The notes: generated by a model from the sequence alone, not told the origin. A DNA stretch of 62,948 bases from Candidatus Woesearchaeota archaeon (GCA_964344975.1 CAYFPK010000004.1:1-62948), one strand, 5' to 3'. Shown: positions 35,308 to 44,487, counted from the first letter of the stretch. Program-made: numbers and translations.

Positions 35308-35822
35308 TCTTCGCCTACCTCTACCTCATACTCCCAGGCATTGTAGCAAACGCAGTCCCCGCATCTTTGCACAGATGGAACTTTTTAAACACGCCCATTG
35401 ACGCAAAAAAAACGTACAGGGGTAAACGAATCTTAGGCAATAATAAGACGTGGCGAGGACTAATTTTTGGCACACTCACAGGAACATTGACCATACAAGT
35501 GCAACCATATTTTTTAGAACATGTACACTTAATCAATTACAGCGAATACAACCTTTGGTTGTTAGGATTTTGTATTAGTTTCGGAGTACTATTTGGCGAC
35601 ATGATAGGAAGTTTCATCAAACGACAAGCAAACATAAAGCCGGGAAAACCCTTTTTCCCACTAGACCAACTTGACGCACTAGGCGGTGCGCTTCTTTTAC
35701 TCTGGCCATTTGGGTTTTTAACACTAAAAATGGTACTAACGTTAATTATCTTTGTACTCATCACCCATATAGTCATAAGACACGCCGGGTACTACCTTAA
35801 TATTGTAGGCGAGAAATGGTAA
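35304..35822 (+). CDS. carS: CDP-archaeol synthase (CarS, DUF46 family)
   Basis: PGIVANAVP, GKRILGNNKTWRG and GDMIGSFIKRQ..IKPG...P.LDQLD, as in CarS. Overlaps the GT stop by 4 nt. Confidence 0.75.
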   Translation: MIFAYLYLILPGIVANAVPASLHRWNFLNTPIDAKKTYRGKRILGNNKTWRGLIFGTLTGTLTIQVQPYFLEHVHLINYSEYNLWLLGFCISFGVLFGDMIGSFIKRQANIKPGKPFFPLDQLDALGGALLLLWPFGFLTLKMVLTLIIFVLITHIVIRHAGYYLNIVGEKW

Positions 35823-35857
35823 CGCTTAAATAGAACAGAACCAAAAAAGAGCACAGT

Positions 35858-36238
35858 ATGACGCCAATTGAGACCATTGCATTTTTCTTCTCAGTATTGA
35901 TACTCATAAAAATTGGTTACTTAACTTGGGCACCTCATAAGTGGATGAAACTAACTGATTACTTCTTTAAACACACAAACAAATTTACATGGATCTATGC
36001 AGCATTCGCATTCTTCTTAGGCTACTTCATTTTTCAAAGCTTCACCGTCATTGACGTAGCAGCAATTACAACCTTTGTCGCATTCTTAATGGGCGTTGGC
36101 ATGCTACCATACGCAAAGGGATTGATAGTAGAGCATAAAAAATTAGTAAAAAACAAAAACATCTGGCAAGTCTATTGGTTATCCCTAACCATCTGGGTAG
36201 TCTTTGCAGTTTGGACGTTAGTACAGTTATTCTGGTAA
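35858..36238 (+). CDS. small integral membrane protein (126 aa, 4 TM)
   Basis: Hydrophobicity pattern only. Confidence 0.5.
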   Translation: MTPIETIAFFFSVLILIKIGYLTWAPHKWMKLTDYFFKHTNKFTWIYAAFAFFLGYFIFQSFTVIDVAAITTFVAFLMGVGMLPYAKGLIVEHKKLVKNKNIWQVYWLSLTIWVVFAVWTLVQLFW

Positions 36239-36269
36239 AGTTTATTAAGCAAAAGAGGTCAACAAAACT

Positions 36270-36956
36270 ATGACTGAAAAAATAGTATTGGTAGATTTCG
36301 CAGGAACATTAATTAAAGCAGAAGTTATCGAAGAAGCAAATATTCTACGCTCACAGATACTCAAAAGAGTACTTCCCTCAAAGCAAGAGCATGGACACGC
36401 AGAAACATTATACAAAGCCAACAGAGAGTTCGTAGAAAGCCTCACAGGACTCAAAAAAGACATGAGAATCGAATATACGGAAAATGATTTAGACAGAGTT
36501 GAAATAGAAGGAGAAAAATATCAAAATCAAATCGCAACAAACCTATTTCAGCTCGGCATGTACATGGCCGCAAAAAAATACACCAAAAAAATGATTCCAG
36601 AAGGGTTTGTAGAAGAACTTCAAAGAATAAAACAACTAGGATACAAACTTGCCATCGCCTCAGGGGTAAGAACAGACATTATATCCGGGATGCTACAAAT
36701 CGCGCAAATAGATGTTCCCTTTGACTACATCTACGGGCAACCACCTATTTTAGGCGTAAGTAATAAAGAAAACCTCAAAAAAGTCCAAGCACATGGTACA
36801 GTTGAGTACGTCATAGGCGATAAAATGAGCGATTTAGAGGTTACAAAAGAGGCAAAGACTATTTTTGTCACATGGGGCCATGCAACAGGTGGTGAACAAG
36901 AGTTTGCAGATCATACAATAAACAAACCAGAGGAACTGCAAAAGATTATACAATGA
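36270..36956 (+). CDS. HAD-superfamily hydrolase
   Basis: Motif I variant VLVDFAGTL, motif II ASGV and motif IV GDKMSD. Confidence 0.65.
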   Translation: MTEKIVLVDFAGTLIKAEVIEEANILRSQILKRVLPSKQEHGHAETLYKANREFVESLTGLKKDMRIEYTENDLDRVEIEGEKYQNQIATNLFQLGMYMAAKKYTKKMIPEGFVEELQRIKQLGYKLAIASGVRTDIISGMLQIAQIDVPFDYIYGQPPILGVSNKENLKKVQAHGTVEYVIGDKMSDLEVTKEAKTIFVTWGHATGGEQEFADHTINKPEELQKIIQ

Positions 36957-37570
36957 AACCGACAATAATTATTGACTTCAACGGCGCACTATTAAAATCA
37001 GAACCATTCGAAGAAGCACACAAACGCTGGTTCGCAACAATGGCTCACTTACTTAACGATCCAACAATTAACGAATACGCAACCCTAGAAAACTATTTTC
37101 CAAAATTACAAGAGGTCATGCAAAAATTACTCGGAAACAGCAACAAACAAACACAGATCAAATTCGCAAGACATTTTTTTGCAATGTTAACAGTAGCAGA
37201 GATAAAACAAGAGCATGTTATAAAAGAATTTGCAGAGTATCTCAGAACAATAAAAGAAAAATATAACATCATCCTAATAACGTCAGCGCCAGAAATAGCA
37301 GTTGAGCCAATACTCGAAAAAACAGGTTGTGCAGATATATTTGATGAAGTCTACAAAAGCCCCATGAAACAACAGCCAAACAAAAAAGAACTTCTCAAAG
37401 AGTATGCAAGAGACCACAAACCAACATTCTATATTGGACAAGGGGATAAAGACATAACAACCTGTAAAGAATTAAACATACCAACAATCAGCGTTAATTG
37501 GGTAAAAAAAGCAGAAATAAAAGGCGAGCATGATATTCAGAAAGTAGAACAACTCAAAGAGATCTTATAA
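36953..37570 (+). CDS. HAD-superfamily hydrolase (tandem paralogue)
   Basis: IIIDFNGAL, ITSAP and GQGDKD motifs. 4-nt overlap with the preceding HAD gene. Confidence 0.6.
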   Translation: MKPTIIIDFNGALLKSEPFEEAHKRWFATMAHLLNDPTINEYATLENYFPKLQEVMQKLLGNSNKQTQIKFARHFFAMLTVAEIKQEHVIKEFAEYLRTIKEKYNIILITSAPEIAVEPILEKTGCADIFDEVYKSPMKQQPNKKELLKEYARDHKPTFYIGQGDKDITTCKELNIPTISVNWVKKAEIKGEHDIQKVEQLKEIL

Positions 37571-37645
37571 TTTTCTCACACAAACAATAAATTTTGCGAA
37601 AAAAACACACAAGTATACATGAACAAGTAGAGCAATACTTGTGTA

Positions 37646-37927
37646 ATGAGTAATATCTTCGAAGTAACAGACATCACCACAAGAAAAATAAGACTCACAA
37701 AAGAGCAATGGCAACACATAAAAGAAGAGCATAACGATGTAAATAATATTGAAGAAATGGTACAAACCTTACAATTACCTGATAAGGTAGAAAAACGAAA
37801 AGAATATCGACATGAGGTAGGAAAATACTACAAATACAACAAAGAAAGGAGAAAAATGCTTTTCATCGCAGTAAGATATTTAAACGGGAAAGGGTTCATA
37901 ATAACTGCATATTATAGAAAAAAATGA
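37646..37927 (+). CDS. small toxin-like protein (DUF4258/Barnase-EndoU-RelE-like candidate)
   Basis: 93 aa. Has the pattern I.LT.EQWQHI..EH......IEE.V.TL..PD.V ... FIAV.Y.NGKGFIITAYY seen in small nuclease-type toxins. Its stop overlaps the start of a DUF2283-like gene. Confidence 0.4.
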   Translation: MSNIFEVTDITTRKIRLTKEQWQHIKEEHNDVNNIEEMVQTLQLPDKVEKRKEYRHEVGKYYKYNKERRKMLFIAVRYLNGKGFIITAYYRKK

Positions 37928-38160
37928 AAAAAGAAGATATACGAATACATTGGGACGAACAAGGAGATTACCTTGAAATAAATTTCAAAGAGCCAACAAA
38001 ATCATATTATGAAGAGGTTGGTGATGAAATACTAATACGAAGAGACGAGAAAACAGGGCAAGTGAAAGGATACAGTATCTTTTTTGCAACAAATAGAGAA
38101 AAGAAAAAAAAAGAAAAAGTGAGTGTAACTTCAGAACAAACAAGTCAAGCAACCACTTAA
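37924..38160 (+). CDS. DUF2283-like protein (antitoxin candidate), copy 1
   Basis: I.WDEQGDYLEINF....S.YEE.GD.I.I..DEKTGQVKGYSIF matches the DUF2283 pattern (YD.e.D.Lyi ... G.ivGiei). Confidence 0.6.
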   Translation: MKKEDIRIHWDEQGDYLEINFKEPTKSYYEEVGDEILIRRDEKTGQVKGYSIFFATNREKKKKEKVSVTSEQTSQATT

Positions 38161-38161
38161 A

Positions 38162-38350
38162 ATGAAAAAGGAAGAAATACGAATCTATTGGGACGAACAA
38201 GGAGATTATCTTGAGATAAACTTTGGAGAACCTGTAGAATCATACTGGGAAGAGATTGGTGAAGACATATTTATGTGTAGAAGCGAGAAAACAGAAGAGG
38301 TTAAAGGATACGGAATATTCTTTGCAACAGATAGAGAAATTTCTTCTTAA
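38162..38350 (+). CDS. DUF2283-like protein, copy 2 (tandem paralogue)
   Basis: The N-terminal stretch I compared (about 70 nt) is roughly 85% identical at nucleotide level to copy 1. Same motif set. Confidence 0.6.
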   Translation: MKKEEIRIYWDEQGDYLEINFGEPVESYWEEIGEDIFMCRSEKTEEVKGYGIFFATDREISS

Positions 38351-39630
38351 ACAGGCCGAGTCGAACCCCATTTCTTAAGAGCAGTAGCAAGCTCAACATG
38401 ATCTTTTGAATACTTTTTCAAAGAAACACCTTGCATGGCAGCATCAATAGACTGTCGAAGAGCACGAGCCCCAGCAAGAGACCCGGAAGGATGCCCGTGT
38501 ATACCACCACCAAGTTGAATACAAATATCGTTTCCAAGCGTTTTCATAACCTGCGGAACTAAACCAACATGCAGCCCACCAGACGAAGTAGCCAGCACAG
38601 GCTTAACAGACCCCCACTTTTCTCCAAGCAAATGACCAGAAGGAGAAATCAACTGTTTTTCCACCTCTTCACCGATGTGAGTGACCTCAGCTTTCGAACC
38701 AACCAATTTACCAATAACCGTACCGATGTGCAAATTATCAACACCGACAAGACGACAACACTTAGCAAGTGCAAGCATACTCATACCGTGTAAAGGGTTA
38801 CGATCAAACGCCGCGTGAAAAGCACGGTGACCATGGATAGCTAACTTATAATCAGAACAAATCTCACGTACCGTTTGCAAGCCGGCCCAACCAACAGTAC
38901 ACACATCCACCATGACATACTCACCGCCATGTTTAGCAACAAACTTTGCACGTTTCTCCATAGTCCTAGTGTCAGCAGAAATATTAATAAAATAACTTTT
39001 ACGTTCTCCAGTAATCTTTTCAGCTTTATCACGTAACTTCAAACAAGTTTTCACACGAGGCTCAAACTTGTTAAAAACCTGACTGGTTAGATTCTCATCA
39101 TCTTTACCAAAATCAACACCACCCAGCCAAGAGTTAAACAACACATCACTATGCTCTTTAGTGGTCATGCCGACTTTAGGTTTAGGCACAGTTGCAGTCA
39201 TAGGACGTTTACGTACTTTCATAAAACGACGAACACCACGCACACCAAACTGTGGACCTAAAAACGAACGGAACATATAACGAGGAAAATAAATATCTTC
39301 TAAACGCAAATTTTTCACCGCCTTCATACCAAAAATATTTCCTGCAAATGAAGAAAGCAACTGCGGCATGTTCCCAGCTTCAAACAACGGTTTGGGATAC
39401 GCAATTTTGAGATACTCCCCCTTAATAGAAAAACACCGTCCACGAATGGCGCGAATGTGCGGCTTCAACGTAGTCAACGTAGTCCACGTCCCGTTAGACG
39501 ACTCCGACGCCACACGTCCAGCAGCTTCTTTGACAGAAACACCTTTTGCAGGCTGCATACGAAAACTACAAATCAAATCAGACGATGACGGCTTGTACGA
39601 CAGATCAACAAAATCAAGATATTGAGACAT
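38347..39630 (-). CDS. rbcL: ribulose-1,5-bisphosphate carboxylase/oxygenase large subunit, form III-like
   Basis: GGVDFGKDDENL (carbamyl-Lys motif), HGHRAFHAA and GGGIHGHPSG. No small-subunit gene. Neighbours the R15P isomerase. Confidence 0.92.
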   Translation of the reverse strand: MSQYLDFVDLSYKPSSSDLICSFRMQPAKGVSVKEAAGRVASESSNGTWTTLTTLKPHIRAIRGRCFSIKGEYLKIAYPKPLFEAGNMPQLLSSFAGNIFGMKAVKNLRLEDIYFPRYMFRSFLGPQFGVRGVRRFMKVRKRPMTATVPKPKVGMTTKEHSDVLFNSWLGGVDFGKDDENLTSQVFNKFEPRVKTCLKLRDKAEKITGERKSYFINISADTRTMEKRAKFVAKHGGEYVMVDVCTVGWAGLQTVREICSDYKLAIHGHRAFHAAFDRNPLHGMSMLALAKCCRLVGVDNLHIGTVIGKLVGSKAEVTHIGEEVEKQLISPSGHLLGEKWGSVKPVLATSSGGLHVGLVPQVMKTLGNDICIQLGGGIHGHPSGSLAGARALRQSIDAAMQGVSLKKYSKDHVELATALKKWGSTRPV

Positions 39631-39631
39631 G

Positions 39632-39976
39632 TTAGATATTTTGGTAATGCTGTTTTATAAACATAACGTTTCCACGCACCGCAGCAACTAAACCTAAATG
39701 CGGCGAAGTTAAAGGTGAGGTAGATAAGCGGTCAAGATGTTGTAACGCATCAGGCAAACTACGCGATAACCGGGTAACGTGACCTTCAGCTGCAGCATCT
39801 CCTCGAAGAAGACCCTCACAAGCAGACGTAATATTTTTCACGGTAGCCTCAAGCTTCATTTTAGCAAGACCAGCATAATCGCCTTTAACCCGCATACCTG
39901 CAGACTCTAAAGCACGCTGTAAATCATCATGGTTCATCTTCAAGTCCTGCACTTGATCTAAAAATTCTCGCTTCAC
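39632..39976 (-). CDS. hypothetical protein (114 aa) inside the RuBisCO cluster
   Basis: ORF tightly packed between rbcL and the HAD gene. Helical; no motif recognised. Confidence 0.5.
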   Translation of the reverse strand: MKREFLDQVQDLKMNHDDLQRALESAGMRVKGDYAGLAKMKLEATVKNITSACEGLLRGDAAAEGHVTRLSRSLPDALQHLDRLSTSPLTSPHLGLVAAVRGNVMFIKQHYQNI

Positions 39977-40611
39977 AGTATCACATCCGGCAGCTCACAA
40001 ACACTGCCAAGGATCTTATAGGGACGCTCTTTTTTAAGTATTTCGCGAGTGTAGTTACCAGTAAGCACACCGATACCACGAACCCGTGCAGCACGCGCCG
40101 CACGTAGATCATACACCGAATCACCAACCATATACGCAACTTTGCCACCAAGCTGTTGACGTACAAACTGTATTTCATCGGGATACGGTTTTGAACGGGC
40201 AACATCCGTATGCCCAACCAGTATGGAGAAAAGCTTAGGGTCAAGTTTAGTTTGCGCAAGCAACTTTAAAATGCTAGAATGTCCACAATTCGAAGTAAGA
40301 GCAAGCACATATTTTTTTCGCAATTTTTTAAGAGTAGAAACAACGCCGGGAATTCGTTTAGCATGCAACACCCCTTGCCGATGCAACACACGATCATGCA
40401 CCGCTAAAAGAGTTTTACGTTGCGCAGCAGTAGCACCAGGAGAAATCATCCGCACGACTTGATCTTTTGGCCGACCAAACAGATGTTTCATACGAGACTC
40501 AGGAACTGGAGAAAATCCAATTTTTTTCAAGCCAGCATTAAAAGCCGCAACATGTACAGCGTCAGATTTAATTAACGTGTTATCCAAATCAAAACAAATT
40601 ATTTCATCCAT
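39973..40611 (-). CDS. HAD-superfamily phosphatase (phosphoglycolate-phosphatase/Gph-like subfamily IA)
   Basis: FDLDNTLIKS (DxD), LTSN and MVGDSVYDLRAARAA motifs. Confidence 0.75.
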   Translation of the reverse strand: MDEIICFDLDNTLIKSDAVHVAAFNAGLKKIGFSPVPESRMKHLFGRPKDQVVRMISPGATAAQRKTLLAVHDRVLHRQGVLHAKRIPGVVSTLKKLRKKYVLALTSNCGHSSILKLLAQTKLDPKLFSILVGHTDVARSKPYPDEIQFVRQQLGGKVAYMVGDSVYDLRAARAARVRGIGVLTGNYTREILKKERPYKILGSVCELPDVIL

Positions 40612-41405
40612 GGATAGGCTTTAAGCACCTCCCGTATAAATTGTTTATGGGTATACACACCCAACTCAGAAATAATTCCAGCAATTTGTTTAGCATCAAC
40701 AGCATCAAAAGCAGGGTTCGCAATAGTAGTCCCTTTGCAAGGTCGAGCCCAAACCTCAGAAGAAGGTCGCTGCTCAACAGGCGTTGTACGATTTTTACTT
40801 AACGTATCAAACTTCCAAGAATCAGTACAGATGTACACAGGCACACCAAACTCAGCAGCAACAGAACAAACAAGCTCCGAACCAATCTTATTATAAATTT
40901 TAGCATAAGAAATTGCATCACAACCTAAAAGCACTACATCAGCTTGAGAAATTGCAGCACGCATAGCCGAGTCAACATACATCGTGTGAGGAATTTGTAA
41001 TTTACAGAGATCTTTTGCAACTAAACGACCTTGAAACAGCGGACGTGTTTCTGTATGCACAACACGTTTGACTTTAGACTTGTACAAAGAGATAATAGAG
41101 AGAACAGACGAAGAGTGACAGTGGGTATACACAACAGTTTTACGTGAAAACAACTTTTTTGCATGTGCAGCCAAAGTAGATCTTGAAGAGCGCAAATGAT
41201 CAAGCGCTTCACGCTCACTTTTATGACGCGCACACCAAACAGCGTTACGCAAACAAGGCTCAGTCGGCCGCGCAGAAAGTAACGTACGCACATCAGTGGC
41301 ATCACGAGCATAGCGTAAAGCCCGAACGCCAGCAACAGCTACATTATGTGCACCCTGAATTTTAAGCGTTTTTATCCGATGGTAGATCTGTAAAAGACGT
41401 CGCAT
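40599..41405 (-). CDS. ribose-1,5-bisphosphate isomerase (eIF-2B alpha/beta/delta-like, e2b2)
   Basis: IF-2B family pattern: IQGAHNVA, TEP, THCHSS, ETRP.FQGR, GCDAI and NKIGS. Confidence 0.8.
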   Translation of the reverse strand: MRRLLQIYHRIKTLKIQGAHNVAVAGVRALRYARDATDVRTLLSARPTEPCLRNAVWCARHKSEREALDHLRSSRSTLAAHAKKLFSRKTVVYTHCHSSSVLSIISLYKSKVKRVVHTETRPLFQGRLVAKDLCKLQIPHTMYVDSAMRAAISQADVVLLGCDAISYAKIYNKIGSELVCSVAAEFGVPVYICTDSWKFDTLSKNRTTPVEQRPSSEVWARPCKGTTIANPAFDAVDAKQIAGIISELGVYTHKQFIREVLKAYPWMK

Positions 41406-41443
41406 AGGGTAAAACTAAAAAAAAGAGAATATAAACGTTGCGC

Positions 41444-41770
41444 CTAATAGCTACCCAAAAGTGTGATAAGCACAAGGACTAAAACGATCGCAACAACCAC
41501 GGTAAGTAACATAAGCAAATTTTTGTTACTACGAGACTCACGTCGCGGAACTGTTTGAAAAACTGGTGCAGAAACAACAGACGGTTTCCGGCGAACTGCA
41601 GGTTTACTTCGAGAAGTTCTCTTTTTCGCAGAAGACTTCTTGGTTGTTTTTCTTTTTGTAGTTTTCTTTTTTGCAGTTTTTTTCCGAGCGACTTTACGTT
41701 TTGCAGTTGTACGTTTTGTAGATTTTTTCTTAGAAGCTTTTTTCTTCTTTGCACGCTTTTTTGCTGCCAT
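41444..41770 (-). CDS. tail-anchored polybasic protein (108 aa)
   Basis: The first ~65 aa are almost pure K/R/A/T/S (AAKKRAKKKKASKKK...). A single C-terminal TM helix (LLMLLTVVVAIVLVLVLITLL). Confidence 0.55.
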   Translation of the reverse strand: MAAKKRAKKKKASKKKSTKRTTAKRKVARKKTAKKKTTKRKTTKKSSAKKRTSRSKPAVRRKPSVVSAPVFQTVPRRESRSNKNLLMLLTVVVAIVLVLVLITLLGSY

Positions 41771-41829
41771 AACACTCTTTTTGCAAATAGAGTATTTAAA
41801 TCTTTCGTCAACTTCTGTTCATTTTAGAA

Positions 41830-42225
41830 TTAACGAGCAGAAAACAACACACGTTTAGAATCCTGTAACGTTGCACGTGCATTGATATAACCATGCGCAT
41901 CGTTCATGCGAGAAAAGCCTCGCACATCCCCAAACAACTGAGCAAGCCCTTTAGCAAAACGCTCTTCAAAATCATCCCGATTGAGAATATGAACAGGGTT
42001 GTACCCAGCCAAAGGGTCATCAGAAAACGAATCAACAACATCTTGCTTACCACGTTTGACAGCACCAATTAAAGAGGAAACAATAGTAGCAAAATCTTGA
42101 GACAAGACAAAAGAATACGAAACAGGCGAATGAGAGACAAAATGTATATGGACGGTACATTGCCGAGTACCCACATCAAACTTCTGCAAAACAACCTCAG
42201 AAATGGTCAACGTCTGCACACCCAT
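41830..42225 (-). CDS. hypothetical protein (131 aa)
   Basis: ORF only. Confidence 0.45.
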   Translation of the reverse strand: MGVQTLTISEVVLQKFDVGTRQCTVHIHFVSHSPVSYSFVLSQDFATIVSSLIGAVKRGKQDVVDSFSDDPLAGYNPVHILNRDDFEERFAKGLAQLFGDVRGFSRMNDAHGYINARATLQDSKRVLFSAR

Positions 42226-42263
42226 ACCAAAAAAGAGACTCGCAGATATAAAAAAGTAGTGAT

Positions 42264-42734
42264 CTATCCTTTAAAATGCAAAACACTTTCTTTACTAGAA
42301 GCAAGAACCTCTCCATCAACACCAGAAAGTTCTAAATGGACAAGATGAAAATCAGACGTTAAAGCAGATACATTCCAGATAGGAACTGAATTTTTAGCAT
42401 GCAAAACAAAGATAAACTTAGAAACAGTAGCTCCACCTACAGCAATAAGCAACTCAGTAATCATTTTATCAAAACTAAAAATAACTTTTGCAAGATCAAG
42501 CGGTTCATGGACAATATTTTTTTGGGCAGCCTGCCCACCAATAGAAGTAGAGGCAACAGTACCATTAAAAACAACAAAGCTAGTTAACTCTTGGGTTGCA
42601 GGATCACAAAAATCATACTGCCACCCGTCATATGATTCAGACGGTTCACTCATTAAAAAAACAGAACACAAAAAATGTCCTGAAGCAACTTGCTTAGACA
42701 ACTTTACAACTTCCTCTTGAAACTTTGCAATCAT
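42264..42734 (-). CDS. hypothetical protein (156 aa)
   Basis: 4-nt overlap with the thrS stop suggests co-transcription. No motif recognised. Confidence 0.5.
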   Translation of the reverse strand: MIAKFQEEVVKLSKQVASGHFLCSVFLMSEPSESYDGWQYDFCDPATQELTSFVVFNGTVASTSIGGQAAQKNIVHEPLDLAKVIFSFDKMITELLIAVGGATVSKFIFVLHAKNSVPIWNVSALTSDFHLVHLELSGVDGEVLASSKESVLHFKG

Positions 42735-44455
42735 AAACTCCGAGAATCCCGCTCAACAACAACTTGCTGTAAAAATAATGACGACTTAACTTTCTCAACA
42801 GTGTTATCTCGACGACGCACAGATAACTGATCAGTTTTCATTTCATCATCACCGATAGTAACCAGGTAAGGAATTTTTAGCTTAACATTATCACGCACTT
42901 TCTTCGCAATACTTTCACTACGATCATCAACACGTACACGTAAACCCTGACGAGAAAACTTTTCAGCTAACTCGTTAGCAAACCCAACACTACGATCAGT
43001 CACCGTCATAAAGACAACTTGTTCAGGCGCAAGCCACACAGGAAATTTCCCATAATAATGTTCAATGAGAAACGCCATAAAACGTTCGTGTGTGGAAAGT
43101 GGCGCACGGTGAATAACAAACACGTCAGGATTTTTGTTTCCATCTTTATCAGTGTACATTAAACCAAAACGAGAACAAGCAGCAAAGTCCAGTTGTACTG
43201 TAGACATAGTTTCTTCACGCCCATACACATTTTTGAACTGGACATCAATTTTAGGACCATAAAAGGCAGCTTCACCTTGCTCTTCAACAAATGGTAAGTC
43301 TAACTCTTTAAGAACAGAACGTAACACTTCTTGGGTGTATTCCCAATGAGACGCATCACCAATATACTTCTCTGTATTTTCGCTATCCCACAACGACAAC
43401 CTAAAATGGTAATCTTCAAGACCAAAAAGCGTGTAATACTCTTTAATCATAGATAAAACAGCAGTAATTTCAGAAGCTATCTGATTTTTGGTACAATATA
43501 TATGCGCATCATTCATGCTTAACATACGCACACGTAAAAGCCCACTCAAAGCACCAGATAATTCATTACGATACACGGTGCCATACTCAGCAAGACGCAA
43601 CGGCAAATCACGATAACTCTTTGGCGTGTGAGCATAAATAAGATGATGCATCGGACAATTCATCGCTTTAAGATAATACGTCCCATCATCCATGTTCATG
43701 GCAGGGTACATCGAGTCAGCATAATGAGGTAAATGCCCTGAACACGCAAACAATTCTTCTTTAGCAAGGTGCGGTGTGGATACACGCACATACCCTCCTG
43801 CAGCTTCCATTTCCAAAGCAAGCTTTTCCACTTCGGCTTTAACAATTTCACCTGCAGGTAGCCAGACAGGCAACCCCTTACCAATCATTTCATGAATCAT
43901 ATACAAGCCAAGCTGTTTACCAATTTTTTTATGGTCACGCTTTTTAGCTTCTTCAAGACGTGTAAGATGAGCCTGCAACGCTTCCTTGGTGGGATACACT
44001 GCACCATAAATACGAGTTAACTGATCGTTAGCAGCATCAGCCCGCCAATACGCTGCAGCAATTTTTAACAACTTAACAAATTTAAGTTCACGGGTGTTGG
44101 CAACATGAGGACCATTACACAAATCAACAAAATCTCCGGTACGATAGATAGAAATGTCTCCCTCAAGATCGGCTATAATTTCAAGTTTATACGTTTGAGA
44201 AGCAAACATCTTTTTAGCTTCACTTAAAGAAATCGTTTCCTGCACAAAATCTGACTTTTCAGAAACAATTTTTTTCATTTCTTTTTCAATTTTTTTAAGA
44301 TCTTCTTCAGTAACAGCACAAGGAAATTTGATGTCGTAATAAAACCCATCCTCTACATCAGGCCCAGTTCCTAACTGCGCTTCAGGATATAAACGTAAAA
44401 CCGCAGCAGCTAAAAGATGCGCTGCACTGTGCCGCAGAGTAGAAAGCTCAACCAT
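42731..44455 (-). CDS. thrS: threonyl-tRNA synthetase, bacterial-type editing (SAD) plus class II core, lacking TGS domain
   Basis: Begins at the HxxxH editing motif (RHSAAHLL), followed by DLCNGPHV. Class II motifs and a C-terminal anticodon-binding domain. Confidence 0.93.
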   Translation of the reverse strand: MVELSTLRHSAAHLLAAAVLRLYPEAQLGTGPDVEDGFYYDIKFPCAVTEEDLKKIEKEMKKIVSEKSDFVQETISLSEAKKMFASQTYKLEIIADLEGDISIYRTGDFVDLCNGPHVANTRELKFVKLLKIAAAYWRADAANDQLTRIYGAVYPTKEALQAHLTRLEEAKKRDHKKIGKQLGLYMIHEMIGKGLPVWLPAGEIVKAEVEKLALEMEAAGGYVRVSTPHLAKEELFACSGHLPHYADSMYPAMNMDDGTYYLKAMNCPMHHLIYAHTPKSYRDLPLRLAEYGTVYRNELSGALSGLLRVRMLSMNDAHIYCTKNQIASEITAVLSMIKEYYTLFGLEDYHFRLSLWDSENTEKYIGDASHWEYTQEVLRSVLKELDLPFVEEQGEAAFYGPKIDVQFKNVYGREETMSTVQLDFAACSRFGLMYTDKDGNKNPDVFVIHRAPLSTHERFMAFLIEHYYGKFPVWLAPEQVVFMTVTDRSVGFANELAEKFSRQGLRVRVDDRSESIAKKVRDNVKLKIPYLVTIGDDEMKTDQLSVRRRDNTVEKVKSSLFLQQVVVERDSRSL

Positions 44456-44473
44456 ACGTGCAGAAACAAAATA

Positions 44474-44487
44474 AGCTATATAAAGCT
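44474..44487 (-). promoter_or_regulatory. BRE/TATA promoter (AGCTTTATATAGCT on minus strand) of thrS
   Basis: The TATA 3' edge is ~21 nt upstream of the ATG at 44455. Confidence 0.5.

Noticed and set aside
41479-41827. Alternative-frame ORFs (110 aa on the minus strand, 90 aa and 72 aa on the plus strand) over the polybasic gene
   Set aside because: All arise from the same AAG/AAA-rich low-complexity DNA. The frame with an N-terminal Met-Ala-Ala-Lys run and a clean C-terminal TM helix is the most gene-like, but this is not certain.
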